In this document: in pieces, positions 1-12,879 of the stretch
Layout of the letters: each line of letters starts with the position of its first letter
How positions within the stretch are numbered: position 1 is the stretch's first letter
Assembly (NCBI RefSeq): GCF_006345805.1
Contig: NC_042997.1
Coordinates: forward strand, 138,880,001-138,944,000
DNA from: Octopus sinensis
Lineage: Eukaryota
DNA: 64,000 nucleotides
Reading direction: 5' to 3'
The notes under the pieces: generated by a model
Seen by the model: only the letters and a program-made list of their open reading frames with translations
Databases searched by the model: none
Told to the model about the DNA's origin: nothing
Position numbers and translations under genes: made by a program

Positions 1-128
1 CCTTTGTAACCTTTCGTCCTGTTTTGTCCCTTTATGTTTACTAATCATGTGTGTCAGCCCTTGTGGCCAATAAAAAGAATTAATTAATTATTATTATTAT
101 CATTATTATTATTATTATTATTATTATT

Positions 129-1682
129 CAGTAGTTTTATTTTTATAGCGTGCTTTCACTTCACTACCGAGCGCAGCTCTGTGTGCCTTGGGTATGTGCT
201 GTGATTTGTTGTGATGCTCTGGTGGTTATTGTATGGAAAGTGTTCTGCGTAGGATGTGTGCAGTGCCTAGTAGTGCAATTTTCTGTATGTTATATGTGTT
301 TGTAAGTCCTGGTGTTTTTGTTACGTATTTGTCTGAATATTTTTTTATCATGCCTAATGCACCTATTATGATAGGAATTGTTTCTGTTTTCAGGTTCCAC
401 ATTCTAGTTACCTCTATTTCCAGGTCTTTGTATTTTGAGAGTTTCTCCATTTCTTTTAGAGACACGTTGTTATCTGCCGGTATTGATACATCAATTAGAA
501 AGCATTTTTTTTCTCTCCTTCATGATCTGTGACAACTATATCTGGTCTGTTGGCCTTAATTTCTCTATCTGTGTGTATCGGCATATCCCAGAGTATGGTT
601 GCTTTCTCGTTTTCTGTGACCTTTTCTGGTGTGTGCCTATACCATCTTTTTTCTGTTGTTATTCCATAATGTTGGCATAGCTTCCAATGTATGTAGGTTC
701 CAACTCTGTCATGTCTGTGAATATATTCCTTCTTAGCCAGGACTGGGCAGCTAGAGATAATATGATTTATTGTTTCTTGTCTATCTCCACATATTCTGCA
801 GTTACTTGTAATATTTCTTTTCATTACATGTTTTTGGTAATTTCTGGTGGGGAGGCTTTGGTCTTGTGCTGCAATTAAAAATCCCTCTGTTTCTGCTTTG
901 AGTCCTGAGCTTCTCAACCATTGCTGGGATTTTTCTTTGTCTATTTCTTTTTCGTTTAGTTTAGTGCAGTATTTACCATGAAGGGGCTTTTCTTGCCATC
1001 GTTTTACCATGGCTCGTTGCTGTTCTATTTTTAGTTTGGATTTCATTTGTTTTATAGCTTTTGTTGTTTCTTCATCATCTTCTTCTTCTTCTTTGTGTTT
1101 ATTAGGTGGTATGATTTCTTGTTTGTATTTGTCAGCTTCCTTAAATACTGAGAACAGTTTTTTGTTTTGCTCGTGTTTTGCTGCTATCTGGATCAGTTTT
1201 CTTTCCTTCTGAAGTAGGTATTTTTGCAGTCCTATGGTGGTTATTTTATAGTAGTTTTCCAGCTGTATAAGGTCTCTACCACCTTCTATACGTTGTATAT
1301 ATAGTCTTTCTATGTCAGATTTTGGATGATGCATCCTAGATACTGTCAGTATTTTTCTTGTTTTCCTATCTATTTTGGACAGTTCATTTCGTGTCCAGTT
1401 AAGGATATTGTAGCTGTAACTTATAACTGGGACAGCTAAAGTGTTGATACCTATTATCTTGTTTTTAGCATTGAGCTCTGTTTTTAGTATTGATCTAACT
1501 CGTCTATAATATTCTTTTTTTATTTTCTCTTTCATTTGTGTGTGTTGTGTCTTATCTAGTTCATGGATTCCTAAGTATTTGTAAGTTTGGCTTTGGTCTA
1601 ATTCTTTTATTTCATTGGTTTTATCTAGTGTGATGTTGTTACTCTTAACTAGTTTTCCTCTTTTCATGGTTACTTTGGCGCA

Positions 1683-1683
<1 letters not shown>
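129..1683 (-). mobile_element. 5'-truncated R4/Dong-like RLE non-LTR retrotransposon (RT C-terminal part, CCHC knuckle, restriction-like endonuclease, 3' UTR)
   Basis: ORF 495..2009 from KCAKVTMKRGKL onward has YKYLG, KAETEGFLIAAQDQSL, CRICGDRQETINHIISSC, RHDRVG and RPDIVV. A frameshift at the T run near 505-512 continues into 226..465 (EKLSKYKDLEIEV...IGALG). The 3' end runs into (AAT)n at 86-128. Confidence 0.9.

Positions 1684-1744
<61 letters not shown>
1684..1744. repeat. (TTA/TAA)n microsatellite at the 5' junction of the Dong-like element
   Basis: About 20 perfect triplets; source of the poly-Ile run in ORFs 495..2009 and 1615..1842. Confidence 0.95.
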
Positions 1745-1745
<1 letters not shown>

Positions 1746-2887
1746 GCCGACATCGAGTTTCCCCAAACACTTCTCAGCGCCCGAATATGTTTCACTTCCC
1801 GTTGCGGAGCGAGTGAACTTCACAGGTAGAGAGCGGGACTGAGATGAGGAGTAGAAGTTGAAAACAAAAAACAAAACAAAAAAAGAAAGAAAACGGAAGA
1901 GACAGAAAGAAAAACAAACATATAGACAAACATCAACAATCCCCATCCACACAAGAGGTAGAGAGAAAAAAATCAAACCAACACAAACAAATTCAACCAA
2001 AACAAACACTGCATCGATACTTACGTGTACTTGTGACGGCGTTCACCCAGGACGGGTTGAGCCGGCTTCTTCTCTGGTCCTAACGGCATTACGAACCATG
2101 GTGGCCCATGCTCGACGGTCCTGTACGAGGTCACTGGAGATAGCGAGCCATTCGCGGTTCCATCTGTGCAGACCGACCACCTGCGGACGTGAGATTTCGG
2201 AGAGGTCTTCCTTTATCGTCGTTACCCGGGTCTTCAGCTGCCCACCCGTGCGTTTGCGCCAGCTGGGAAGTGGAGGTGGGAGGAGGAAATCGCGAATCAG
2301 CTCACCCTCTGAACGCCGGGCCGCATGACCGAACCACCTTAAGCGCCATTATAGAAGCACCGAAGGGAGGGGGGCGGAGATTCAGGCGATGATGATGACC
2401 GGCTGTAGGAACCCGATCAATGCGACGGCAGCGAAGAATCCTACTACTACCATGGCAATAAATACGAATACGAATACGAATACTGCATCGATACCACCAC
2501 ATCTAACATCTGAAACACACCCCATCCCCCACACACAACCACAACAACAACAAATACAAATTAAAAAGACTAGCATTACAAACTACTGGCAATAAGTACA
2601 AAAACAATTAATTAATGAAGTACATAATAACACACACAAACATTACACCAGAAGATTTTGTAACACCCACAATCTCCCTACCTGCACACATGCAAATCAT
2701 TCAAACAACATAAAACACATACACACACTTAAAAATCCAATTCCCAACGAAAATCGGAGATTTTCGAGGTAATCTCACCAAGACAATTCTTAATTTACTG
2801 TTGGAAAGCCAACAGGAGGGACCGGCAATCCGCCCCTCCAAACAAAACCAGGTAAGTTTTCCTTTTCTTTTCTTTTTTCCGACAACA
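1746..2887 (+). mobile_element. Probable 5' UTR / decayed ORF1 region of the downstream L1/Tx1-like element
   Basis: GC-richer block directly upstream of the ORF2 start; no clear ORF1 motif recognised. Confidence 0.35.
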
Positions 2888-4510
2888 TGGTCGTGCACAG
2901 AATAGTCAGCGTGAATGTACGTGGCCTGGGCTAGCCTTGGAAGCGGAATTACCTGTTCAACGACCTCAGGACACTGAATGCGAGACTTCCAACACATTTT
3001 CGGTGATTATGAGGTGTACTCATATTCAAGTCGTCCGGGAGCGGGAGGCCGAGTCGCCGTGATGGTTCGGAAAAATCTGGATCTTGCAACACGGACAATT
3101 TTCCTGAATCCGGAAGTCGATGATACTCGACGTGACAGGCAGCAAAGGGCATACTTTCAGGTTAGTTGCCGTCTATATCCCGTCACGGACAGGACAACCA
3201 GATTTCTTCAGACGTCTGGAAGCCTTCCTGGGAACGTCCCGCTCTTTAGTGATAGTCGGGTATTGGAATGGAGTTTTAGATGTAAGGTGGGGCTGTGTGC
3301 GTTTAGCAGATGGGACAGGAGGGTGCAAAAGCCTCACAAACCTGCTCAGACTATTCCACCTTTCTGACAGGTATCGACTAGATTTCCCGGATGTGCCAGT
3401 GTGGAACTGGTCAAACCGCACGGGTCACCAAGATCATATCTAGATACAGTATTCAGTAGAGTATCAGATAAGGATAGCATAGGTTGTCCACAGTTTAAAG
3501 TAGCCGACTACACAGGTCACAAATTCGTGATTTGTACAGTCGACTTAGGCTTCATTGACAAGGACCCGGTTACTGGAAGCTGACCACGTTGCTGGCGCGA
3601 AAAGATTTCAGTGACCGGATTAGTGAACTAGCTAGGAGGGCGTTGGCGGATGCAATAATCAACAATAAATGGTGGTTCGCCCTGAAAAGGGCGATTAGAA
3701 TAGAATCGATAAGATTTAGCAAAGAACTAGCAGCAGAAAGAAGCGACCGACATGCTCACAGCAAGATTGGCCCACGATCAACGCTACACACGAAAGTTGC
3801 GTTGTCAGAGCTAAAGCACGAGCACTTAGACACGAAGGTGTGAAAGCCCTTCAATAGTCCCGAGTGGAAGAGGCACGGCGTAGCAACAAACCCACGATCT
3901 GTTACTTGCCGGACCATGACGAGCAAATGATAACTGATCCGAGACAGATGTGTTGCGGCCTTTCAACGGCGTTTCGCTCAACTGTTCAGGAGCAGCGGTT
4001 AGCCGGGTCGCAGGATGGATTTCACGTCCTACCTCGACGGGCTGCCGCGGCATTTGGCGACGTAGGCGGAGCTCTGAGAGAGGCCGATAACAGCCTTTGA
4101 AATACGGGAAGCAATGGCTAGCTGTACGAAGGGTAAATCGCCTCGTTTGGATTGTCTGCCTTACGAGCTTTATGCTTACATATCAAAATTGTTCGGTGAA
4201 TTCTTAGCAAACGTTTACTGCAACTGGCAAGACAATGGGAGAATTTCCAGTTTTGTGAGCTGAGGAGCGGTAGCGTAGCTGAGAAAAGATCCGATCAAGG
4301 GGGAGTGTATTGGCATCTTTAGGCCCATAACTCTGCTGAATGCAGTGTTCAAAATTTTGGTCGAGGTGTTAGCTACGAAGTTGGCGCTTGTCGTACGGGA
4401 TCTTTTCGGGGAGGCACAGACATGTGCCATCCCGAAAAGATCCATCCACAATTTCCACCTCATGCGGTACATCATTGAGAAAGTGACCAAAGAACCTGGC
4501 ATGGGTGGAG
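2888..4510 (+). mobile_element. Decayed L1/Tx1-clade LINE ORF2 (APE endonuclease and RT N-terminal part), 3'-truncated
   Basis: ATG at 2888 reads MVVHRIVSVNVRGLG. FRLVAVY...VIVGYWNGVLD is APE-like (3120..3443). RPITLLNAVFKILVEVLATKL...EAQTCAIPKRSIHN near 4321-4450 matches RT domains 1-2. Many stops and frameshifts. Confidence 0.85.
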
Positions 4511-4820
4511 CATGTACGTATATATGTTTGTGTGAGTATGTACGTATGTAGACGTTGTGAACGCAGGAGGTTTATGTTTATGTATTCTGAGAATATGTTT
4601 GTGCGTATATTTTTTATATATATATTTTATACACTTTTTATATTATCGCTTTTCTTTTTCTTTTTCCGGCTATTAGAATTACTTCTCATATATTTAAGGG
4701 TTTTTTCGTTGCGTCTGTTGCCATTAATAGCCGACGAGAATGTATCATAGCACTTCGCTCCGGCATTCGAAACTCCGAGAACTATAATGAGAATCCTTTA
4801 CTGTTTATTCTAATTTATAA
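4511..4820 (+). mobile_element. Solo PLE terminal-repeat (pLTR)-like sequence, homologous to 16770-17055
   Basis: Clear alignment by eye to 16770-17055, which follows a GIY-YIG remnant; both carry the same HHR motif. Confidence 0.6.
4717..4790 (+). ncRNA. Type I hammerhead ribozyme, degenerate
   Basis: Stem I cattaatag/ctataatg; core CCGACGA (U4C); stem II GAATG/CATTC; GAAA; stem III CTC-C-GAG; cleavage triplet GAA instead of GTA. Confidence 0.6.
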
Positions 4821-4890
4821 CATTTATAAATAATCCTCTATTTCTTTAATATTGAGCTCTTATTCTTTTGTTGTTACATATTATTATTAC

Positions 4891-4973
<83 letters not shown>

Positions 4974-7614
4974 ATATTACGTTTTGATGTGTATAAGTAT
5001 TCCAAATCACTGATCTGTGGAACATTTGGATTTACTAAATAAATTTATTAAATATAAAATGTATCCGCGAACAAATATTGCCAATGAAAAGCAATGTAAT
5101 ACTTGAACATCCGTATCATTTATTTTAGGGTGAAAAACTAACGTTTGCTTTCAGACAATTATGTATACTGCATTTTATAAACTCACGTTAACTTTTCTTG
5201 GAATTGTGGTAAAAGTTATTAACCACAAGCATGTACAATATCGACCATGCACAAAACACAAAAATATTTGAAAATATTGTTTCAATGTTTTAAAAAGACC
5301 AACAGAAAGAAAAAAGACAATGAACAACATTGAGCAAGTAGATACAGTAAATATTCAAACCAACAAGCGGGAAATAAAAAGCATGTTGTTTATAATGTTA
5401 ATAGCTATAACGTTTGCTATAATTGCTCGTCAAAGGATCCACTCGGTATAGGTTAACTACTAGAAAAGAAAAAAAATATACAAAATGTATATTACAAGGG
5501 GATTGTATTTTCTTTCAGAATTCATAGAGGAATTAGAGAGGGAGAAAGTTAACGCCCTAATTTGCCAAAAGAAAGAAGGTGCTTTCACGTACCGAAAAGT
5601 AACAGTTTAAAGGTGTCCTGACCAGTTTGTTAAATGATGTTTTTGAATTCCTATGACAGGGCATATAGAAGCGTATCTGTTTTTGCAATAAGCACATTTT
5701 ATGGAATAATAATGCGGAAGTAATACACGGATTTTGTTTAGGCCAAGGCCGGTTCAATGCTGGGTTTTAAGCAACAATAACAAAATTTTGTAAGTTACAA
5801 GCAGGATGTCGTGCAGCACACTCATGCTAATAGATTGCTGCCGCAATAATAATGTTGACGGAATAACTGAGTCACACCCAAAGATTTTATTACTGGCGTT
5901 AATCCTTGCATCATCGTCGCCTATGCAGCACACTATGATACTCCAGATATGAAAATGATATCAGAAAATTTTAAAAACTGATATTGTAGGGCATAAAAGA
6001 ATACCTTTTTTCAGTTATTTATTTTATTTCTGAATATTAATAAAATCTGGATTTCCCCTCTTAATCTCTAAAACCATTGAACCTAAAGTTAATGTTGAAT
6101 AGCTTCTCTAGAGAACGCTGGCTTGAAACAACGGAAACAATTGAAAATGGCGGCTAAATTTTCTTTAAACATTTTCCCTTTATTTTATTTTATCGTGGCT
6201 AGAAAATGTAAAAGCGACGTTGTTTGTGGAATTGAACGGTAGAATAATAAAAAAAGAGAAAATATGTGAGAAAGAAAACTCTAGAGAGTGCCGAAATCTG
6301 AACGTTTCAATTAATTTTCCTCAGGAAGTCTTTACGTTTGTAAGGATCAAGGTATTATCGGATCGAGCGAAACGAAGCGTAATTTTGAGATATTCTTGAT
6401 TCGACCATGTATCAGCTGCTGAATTATATAATATAGTCTCCTGCAGGGAACAATTCAATCGCTGTTCCTTCTGCATATTTAAAGAATTGAAAAAAATATG
6501 GCCGAATAATTATTTATGGTTGTAACTACATCGTTTCTCCACGAAATCAATCATCGCTGTTGCAGAAATTAATAGAAGTAACTCCCATCTACATCAGTAT
6601 GACAGTTTGAATTCTGTTATCTGTATCTGATGATCTATAGTCATTTTCATAATGAAAATGGTGATTACTTTTGCAAAAATGCAACTATCACATAAAGACA
6701 AAGGAAAGGCATTGAAATATTTCAGAAATGTTTTATGGCAAACGTTAATAGTTAATCAGCATATTTGTTTATTTTAAATCTAAATCTTGGGGAAAAAAGG
6801 AGAAAGCAATTATTGTCATTAAAAGAAAACTGTATGAATTATGCAGATTGGAGATTTAATTAAATAATGGTTAACCCGAAATGCACGGTATGTTTATGCT
6901 TGTTTAAACCATTTCATTAAAGGAGAAAAGGTTAGATAGAAGCTGAAAACCACATGGACTGTATGACTGTAAAATTGTAATGAAATAATAATAATAATAA
7001 TAAAATCATTTCAATCATCGATTATAGAGATTCAGGATACGTCATCTTCCGAATATTCGCAAAAAAACCCTGCAATTTACTATGCAAAGAAATGGGAAGT
7101 TGGGACATTAATATTTTCCACAGGAACATTAAAATCATAAATAAAGTGAAGATTTTAATATTTTATTTCTTGCTCTATGATAATAGATTTATTATAAAAT
7201 ATTTGATCCTGTGAATAATACAATCGTCTTTTCATCTTTCCTATGATCAATAAATTAGTACAAGTGAGTTCATTAGATGCACAGTTAAGCACAATTCTCT
7301 CTAGCCGATAGAATTTCAACAGAAGATTGAAATTAATCCAGCCAATCCCTTTTTTTACAGTGCACGAATAATGGTAAAGCACTTTGCCAGAAAAATGGTA
7401 AAGCACTTGACCGGAGTCTTCAAGGTATGTGAAACAACTTATTCAAGTTCAAATCATTGATGCAATTTTATACCAATTGCTATTTTTACTTTTGTATGTT
7501 ACGATTATATTATACTTTAGTTTGATTTTAATTATTACTTACTACATATAATTCAAATATTATTATTATTTTTATTGTTAAAGTGAAAGCATCTGACATA
7601 AAATAGAGAAATAT

Positions 7615-7847
7615 GTTTGTTTCACTTTTAACACCTAATACTGAAATAGTGGAGAAGATATGATATTGCTATGGGCTCGCTCTAGGCAAGAAGTTGGACG
7701 TTTTTTTTTGCCCATGAAACTACATGGACCCTAAGTAAGGCATGTGTAAAAGTTGAATGAAATTGGTTGTATAGTTCTCAAGTTTTAGGGAAACACACAG
7801 ACAGACGGACAGATAGACACACATTCTCAGTTTTATATATATAAAGA
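7615..7847 (-). mobile_element. Partial non-autonomous Helitron-like repeat (related copies 25965-26176 and 28018-28255)
   Basis: Three mutually similar copies. The minus-strand 5' end A|TCTTTATATATATAAAA matches the 5' end of the complete Helitron at 17538-17844. No 3' hairpin/CTAG seen. Confidence 0.5.
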
Positions 7848-7879
7848 TTACATGTTATATATATATATATATATATATA

Positions 7880-9204
7880 CACCAGAGGGTACCCAAAAGA
7901 AACCGGAATTTTGCTATATTATTTTATTCACTTAGTTTTACATGTTAACACTTTTACCGCCTTCAAAGTATTCTCCATTTGAAGCAATGCCTCGGCGCAG
8001 AAGCGTTTTCCACTGTTCGAAGCAGTCCTGGAACTCTTGCGAAGTGATGCCTTTTAACGTCTCCGTCGTTTTTTCTTCACCTTTTCCATATCTGCAAAAC
8101 GTTTTCCTCTGACGACTCTTTTCATTCGGGGGAACAAAAAAAGGTTGCAGGGAGCAAGATCGGGTGAATAGGGAGAGTGGATTAGCGGGGTCATGCCATT
8201 TTGGGTCAAAAACTGTCTCACACTCAAGGTGGTGTGCGTAGGTGCACTCTCGTGATGAAACCATCACTGCCCTCTTTGCCACTGTCTGGGGCGGTTTCGT
8301 AACACTGCGTCTCGCAAACGCTTCATAACTGTCAAGTAAAATATCTGGTTAACATTTTGACCCGGAGGAACGAATTCTGTGTGGACAATTCCTTTCGCAT
8401 CGATAAAACAATTCAGCATCGTCTTGACATGGGACTTCACTTGATGCACTTTTGGGGGACTTGGTGCCATTTAATGCTTCCATTGACTTGATTGCTGCTT
8501 CGTTTCTGCGTTGTAGCTGTAGCACCAGCTTTCGTTACCAGTGATGATCTTCGAGAAAAGGTCCGAATAAACTTCCAACTGTTTTTCAGTTCACGACACA
8601 CATTCACTCACGACTGCATTTGATCTTCCGTGAGCAAGTGAGGCACAAATTTTGCTGAAACTCTTTTCATTTGCAATTCCTCGCTCAAACTTCGTTGGCA
8701 GGAGCTCCAGGACTCTTCAGTCATATCAAGAAGTTTGTCATTTGTTCGACGACTATCCTCCCGGATCAGTTCATGAATCTTCGTGATGTTTTCGTTTGTT
8801 CGGGAGGTCGACTGTCGCCCTAAACGAGGTTGATCTTCAAGCCACAATTGACCATTCCTGATGCGTAGGAACCACTCGTAAGCTTGTGTTTTGCTCATGG
8901 CAGCATCATTGTAACCTGTCTGAAGCATGACAACTGTTTAGGCCGCCATTTTCGCCAGCAGAAACCAGAATTTCATAGAAGCACGCTGTCCCTTCCTTTC
9001 AGCCATCGCAAAAATCGACGAACAGGGGAGAAGCACTACCAATCAAAAGTGCACCACGTGGCAGTTCCATTACACCCGAAGACACCGGACGGCAGACTGA
9101 TGCCTGAGAGTTACATCAAATGACTTCTAGCAGTGGAAGCCTGAACTACAACAGGCTTTTCCAACAGAGAACGTTTCCGGTTAATTTTGGGTACCCGCTC
9201 GATG
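7880..9204 (-). mobile_element. Full-length decayed mariner transposon (about 1.3 kb)
   Basis: TIRs GAGGGTACCCAAAAGAAACCGGAA (7885) and TTCCGGTTAATTTTGGGTACCCGCTC (to 9200). Transposase fragments: YEWF...LEDQPRLGR...KRVSAKFVPHLLT (8608..8928), KTMLNCFIDAKGIVHTEFVPPGQNVN (8264..8470), C-terminal piece 7938..8282. Confidence 0.9.
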
Positions 9205-10018
9205 AACAACGATATGTATACATATATATGTACATATGTATATTTACATACATATATTTTGTGTGTGTGTGTCTACGTGTGTGTGCGTGTGTGTACGTGT
9301 GTGTGCGCGCGTGTGTATGTGATTGTGTATGTGACTCCGAACTTTTGGCAAGCTAAACTATCGTCAGACTGCGATGCATTGAAGTTAATCTTGGCTTTAT
9401 ACACCCTCTGTTGAGTTAAAGACCTCCTTGGGTATGTGAGTTTGAGTGGAGTGGTAATTAGGCTGGTGAGGTGTTTTGAAAAACTTTTATTAATTAAATT
9501 TGTGGTTATATAGTTTAGAACTAATTCATGTACTTTTTAAGCGGGTCTCATGGGATTAGATTTTACTGGTTAGCAAAAAGGATGCTGGAAGGTATAAGAA
9601 GTTTTTGATCAGTGGATGTGTCAATAGCTTTTGTTATTTTTTTTATTTAATCCCTTGCTTTGCAAATGTTCAAAGTTTTGCCCAGTGTTTAAAAACTTAA
9701 TAACTGAGTGAGTCAACATTTTGTTATGGAATATATTAAGGGTTCACAAAAGAATGTAACTAGGTGGTACGTTTTAAACTCCACCTTTCAAATGCAAACA
9801 GAAATACCTTAAATAGCAGCAACACATAAAGAAATTGACCAGGTAATACATACTTATATTCGTTTGTGAACCTCTAAAATATTCAATGACAAAAATGTTG
9901 ACATACCCAATTACCCGAAATATTGAATACTACATTAATTCACATCATATTTGTTTTCTTGTGATTTACCTTGCATTTATTTCGCATTGTTTTGGCCTCA
10001 CCCACGATCCTTTATACA

Positions 10019-10059
<41 letters not shown>

Positions 10060-10075
10060 TTCACATATACATACA

Positions 10076-10107
<32 letters not shown>

Positions 10108-10402
10108 CATACATACATACATACATACATACATGCATCTCGCTTTTATCCTTCGAAACGTAGAGTAGATGAAACCTTTAGCGACTGAAGAAGGGGTTTT
10201 TTCTTTGTGTTAATTGTCCTGTACTCTATTTTTTTGTTGTTTTTAAAAAATGTCCATTTCCTTGGTTTTGTGTTTATGTTTTCGTTTCTCATTGTGTTCG
10301 ACGTCCTTTTGGTGTCCTGTACTCATATATGCGTGTATATGTACATGTAGAGGTAGGTACGTACATATATGTTATATATATGCATATGTTTTATTTTATT
10401 TA

Positions 10403-10450
<48 letters not shown>

Positions 10451-10531
10451 CATACATATATATATATATACATATATACATATATGTATATATATATATA
10501 TACATGCATACACACACATACACACACACAC

Positions 10532-10573
<42 letters not shown>

Positions 10574-10579
10574 GTTAAT

Positions 10580-10775
10580 CCAAACATGAACAAAGAGAAA
10601 ACACAACAACGTGAGGACGTGGAATAAGTATAGTGTTATTGGACGCTCAGGAAAGGAAAGAAAGAAGGAGGATTTAATGTTCCGAGCGGAGCTCTTCGTC
10701 AGAAATATATAAAAAAAGAAAATGTTAAAGGAAGGGAAGACGGAGAAAGAAAATCGCCAACGATACACACGCGGT
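10580..10775 (-). repeat. HHR-bearing short interspersed repeat (second copy 30890-31100)
   Basis: Two closely similar copies (AGTTAATCCAAACATGAA...CGATACACGCGGTCAC), each next to TA/TG microsatellites. Confidence 0.7.
10672..10706 (-). ncRNA. Minimal type I HHR motif, one core lesion
   Basis: Minus strand ATTT-CTGACGA-A-GAGC-TCC-GCTC-GGAAC-ATT-AAAT; GAAAC reads GGAAC. Confidence 0.55.
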
Positions 10776-10865
10776 CACATATGTGTGTGTGTGTATACAT
10801 ACAAACACACACACATACCCACGCATTCGCTCACACACGCAGACGCACACGCACGCGCACACACA

Positions 10866-10908
<43 letters not shown>

Positions 10909-11978
10909 TTAAGCGACAATAATGGTTCAAAGAAAAGAAAAGATTTAAGTCACTTTCGTGTAAATATCAGTATCCTTGAATTTCGTCCCAGTTCAAGGAA
11001 TAAAAATGTTGGTTCCGAAATGCATTTTTAAAAATTTATAACACACCGTATGCGCTCGCACATACATAACACAGTCACATACGTGCAGACATCCATACAT
11101 TGTTTTTAAAATATTTTGAAAACATTTCTTTAAAATATAATTTAAGACATAACTTAAAATATCATTTGAAGAAAAACGAGATTTTCTGAGGACAGTTTTT
11201 AGCGTGACCTCGATGTTAGACGTTTAAAACGATTGGAATATTCCCACGAGAGCCAGTAGTGAAACAAAAACTGCAAGTTTCGAACGGCCGTTTTTTAAAT
11301 TTAAATTTTATTTTCTTTTTGTACGTTTTTATAAAAAATAAAAAGATAAGCGTTCTCTCCATAACTTTCATATAATATTTCAAAATATATTCAAACAACA
11401 GATAATTCAATAAAAAAAAAGGACAAGCTCGGATTACCAGTTGAATAACCGACAACGCGAAACTCTGAATTCTGGAATTACGAGCCTTTCAGTTATAACG
11501 TATTAAAGAATACTATACATTAATATATTGACGTCTGTAATTAATCACTTCTTGACGAAACAACATTTATTTATGCACACATACAAGGCGTTTACATCTA
11601 AACATACATACAGGTTAAAATATCCATAGGTGTTAAGGCAAGAATGTCAACACACTTGTTTCAAAACCTGTAGATCAACATGTAAAATTCTATAAAAACG
11701 AAACATTATATTTTGAATTACATTTTAATTTGGAGTGAACTAGTTTTCCCTATCCAATATTTTATATGTATTTATTTGGTATATTTTAGCCAAACATACT
11801 CATTTTATTTCGGATTCGTATTTGGTTTGCAAGATTCTAGATTTGAACACGTTTGCTGAAATGTATTGAGGTGTATATCGCGACGGTCATTATGCGAAGA
11901 ATAAGCACACACAATTCGTAAGTTTATTATGATATAACGACCCTCCCAAGAAAGAGCAAAATTTTCATTTTAAGGTTA

Positions 11979-12590
11979 CAATAATCCCTCGCCATATCGC
12001 GGTTCACTTATCGCGGTTTATTATTTAAGCCTACGTCAATTCTTCTGTGGTGTTGTATTGTCTTTATAATAGAATAAATACATACAAATTATAAAAATAA
12101 CAAGAGTACTCTGAGAGCGCAAACCTTCGCTAGGGCAACACCAACGCCCGCTCACTCAACGATTAGCCAGATATGATTTTTAAAATGAGAATATCTGAAA
12201 TAAACCCAACTGCTCTCACAATTGAGAATACTAAAAATGAACCGGACCGCTCTCAAAAATTAAGTAACCCCCCCTCCCCCCAAAAAAAACACGAAAAATA
12301 ATCCAGAATATTTTTCCAGTAACGGATCGATCCCAAAATCTAATCAGTTCGTGCCAGTCACAAGGTCAATCATTCCTGAAAGTTTCATCCTAATCCATCC
12401 AGTGGTTCTTGAGATATCTTCTCCACGGACAAACAAACAAACAAATGCGACGGAAAACAATACTTCTGTCTCAGCGAAGGCAGAGGTAATAACAAAAAAT
12501 ATACAGTACAGTACTGTTTCTACTTCACGGATTTTCACCTATAGCGGGGGGTTTTGGAACGTAACACCCGCGATAGTCGATGGATTACTG
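11979..12590. mobile_element. Tc1/pogo (Tigger)-like MITE with TA flanks, interrupted by an insertion
   Basis: TA|CAATAATCCCTCGCCATATCGCGG versus CCGCGATAGTCGATGGATTACTG|TA form imperfect TIRs. Confidence 0.6.
12099..12492 (+). mobile_element. Helentron/HINE-like non-autonomous element nested in the MITE
   Basis: Subterminal inverted motifs ACCTTCGC / GGCAGAGGT, an internal (ACAA)n tract and a 3' short hairpin fit the HINE/DINE architecture. Confidence 0.4.
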
Positions 12591-12879
12591 TATATTTCAT
12601 CAAACTATGATGCCCTCTTGTAAATCACTGTGTAACAGCTCCATCAAAAGAGGGTTATAGCCAATAGATCTAAACGTCCCTGATTCAATGCCGGATTTCC
12701 CAGGTCGATGAGGTTCTCCCTTGTTTTCGAAATTATTACGAAGAATTATTTCAAATCAACATCTCTGTACTTTCATTTACTTTGAGAAGGTACAACGGGA
12801 CGATTTTCCTGTCATATATGCATATTTGTATGTATGTATGTTTGTACGTACAAACATATATACATATACATATACTCAG

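Noticed and set aside
495-2009. 504-aa ORF as a single membrane-like protein
   Set aside because: The N-terminal part is the antisense of an A-rich tract plus a (TAA)n poly-Ile run; only the part from KCAKVT onward is LINE protein.
2180-2237. Minus-strand CTGAAGA...GAAAT...GTC hammerhead-like string
   Set aside because: No stem I or convincing stem II pairing.
6298-6328. Minus-strand CTGAGGA-AAATTAATT-GAAACGTT
   Set aside because: Core words are present but stem I cannot form and stem II is AT-only with a 2-nt loop; likely chance.
10150-10200. GAAACGTA followed by CTGAAGA (similar string at 50840-50930 minus) as a type II HHR
   Set aside because: Probably a related repeat family, but I could not build stems I and II; not counted among the 16.
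9886-10922. Numerous ORFs of type YIYI, HTHT, CVCV, MYVC and LSIY across the window
   Set aside because: Translations of TA, CA, TACA and TATC microsatellites that lack stop codons.
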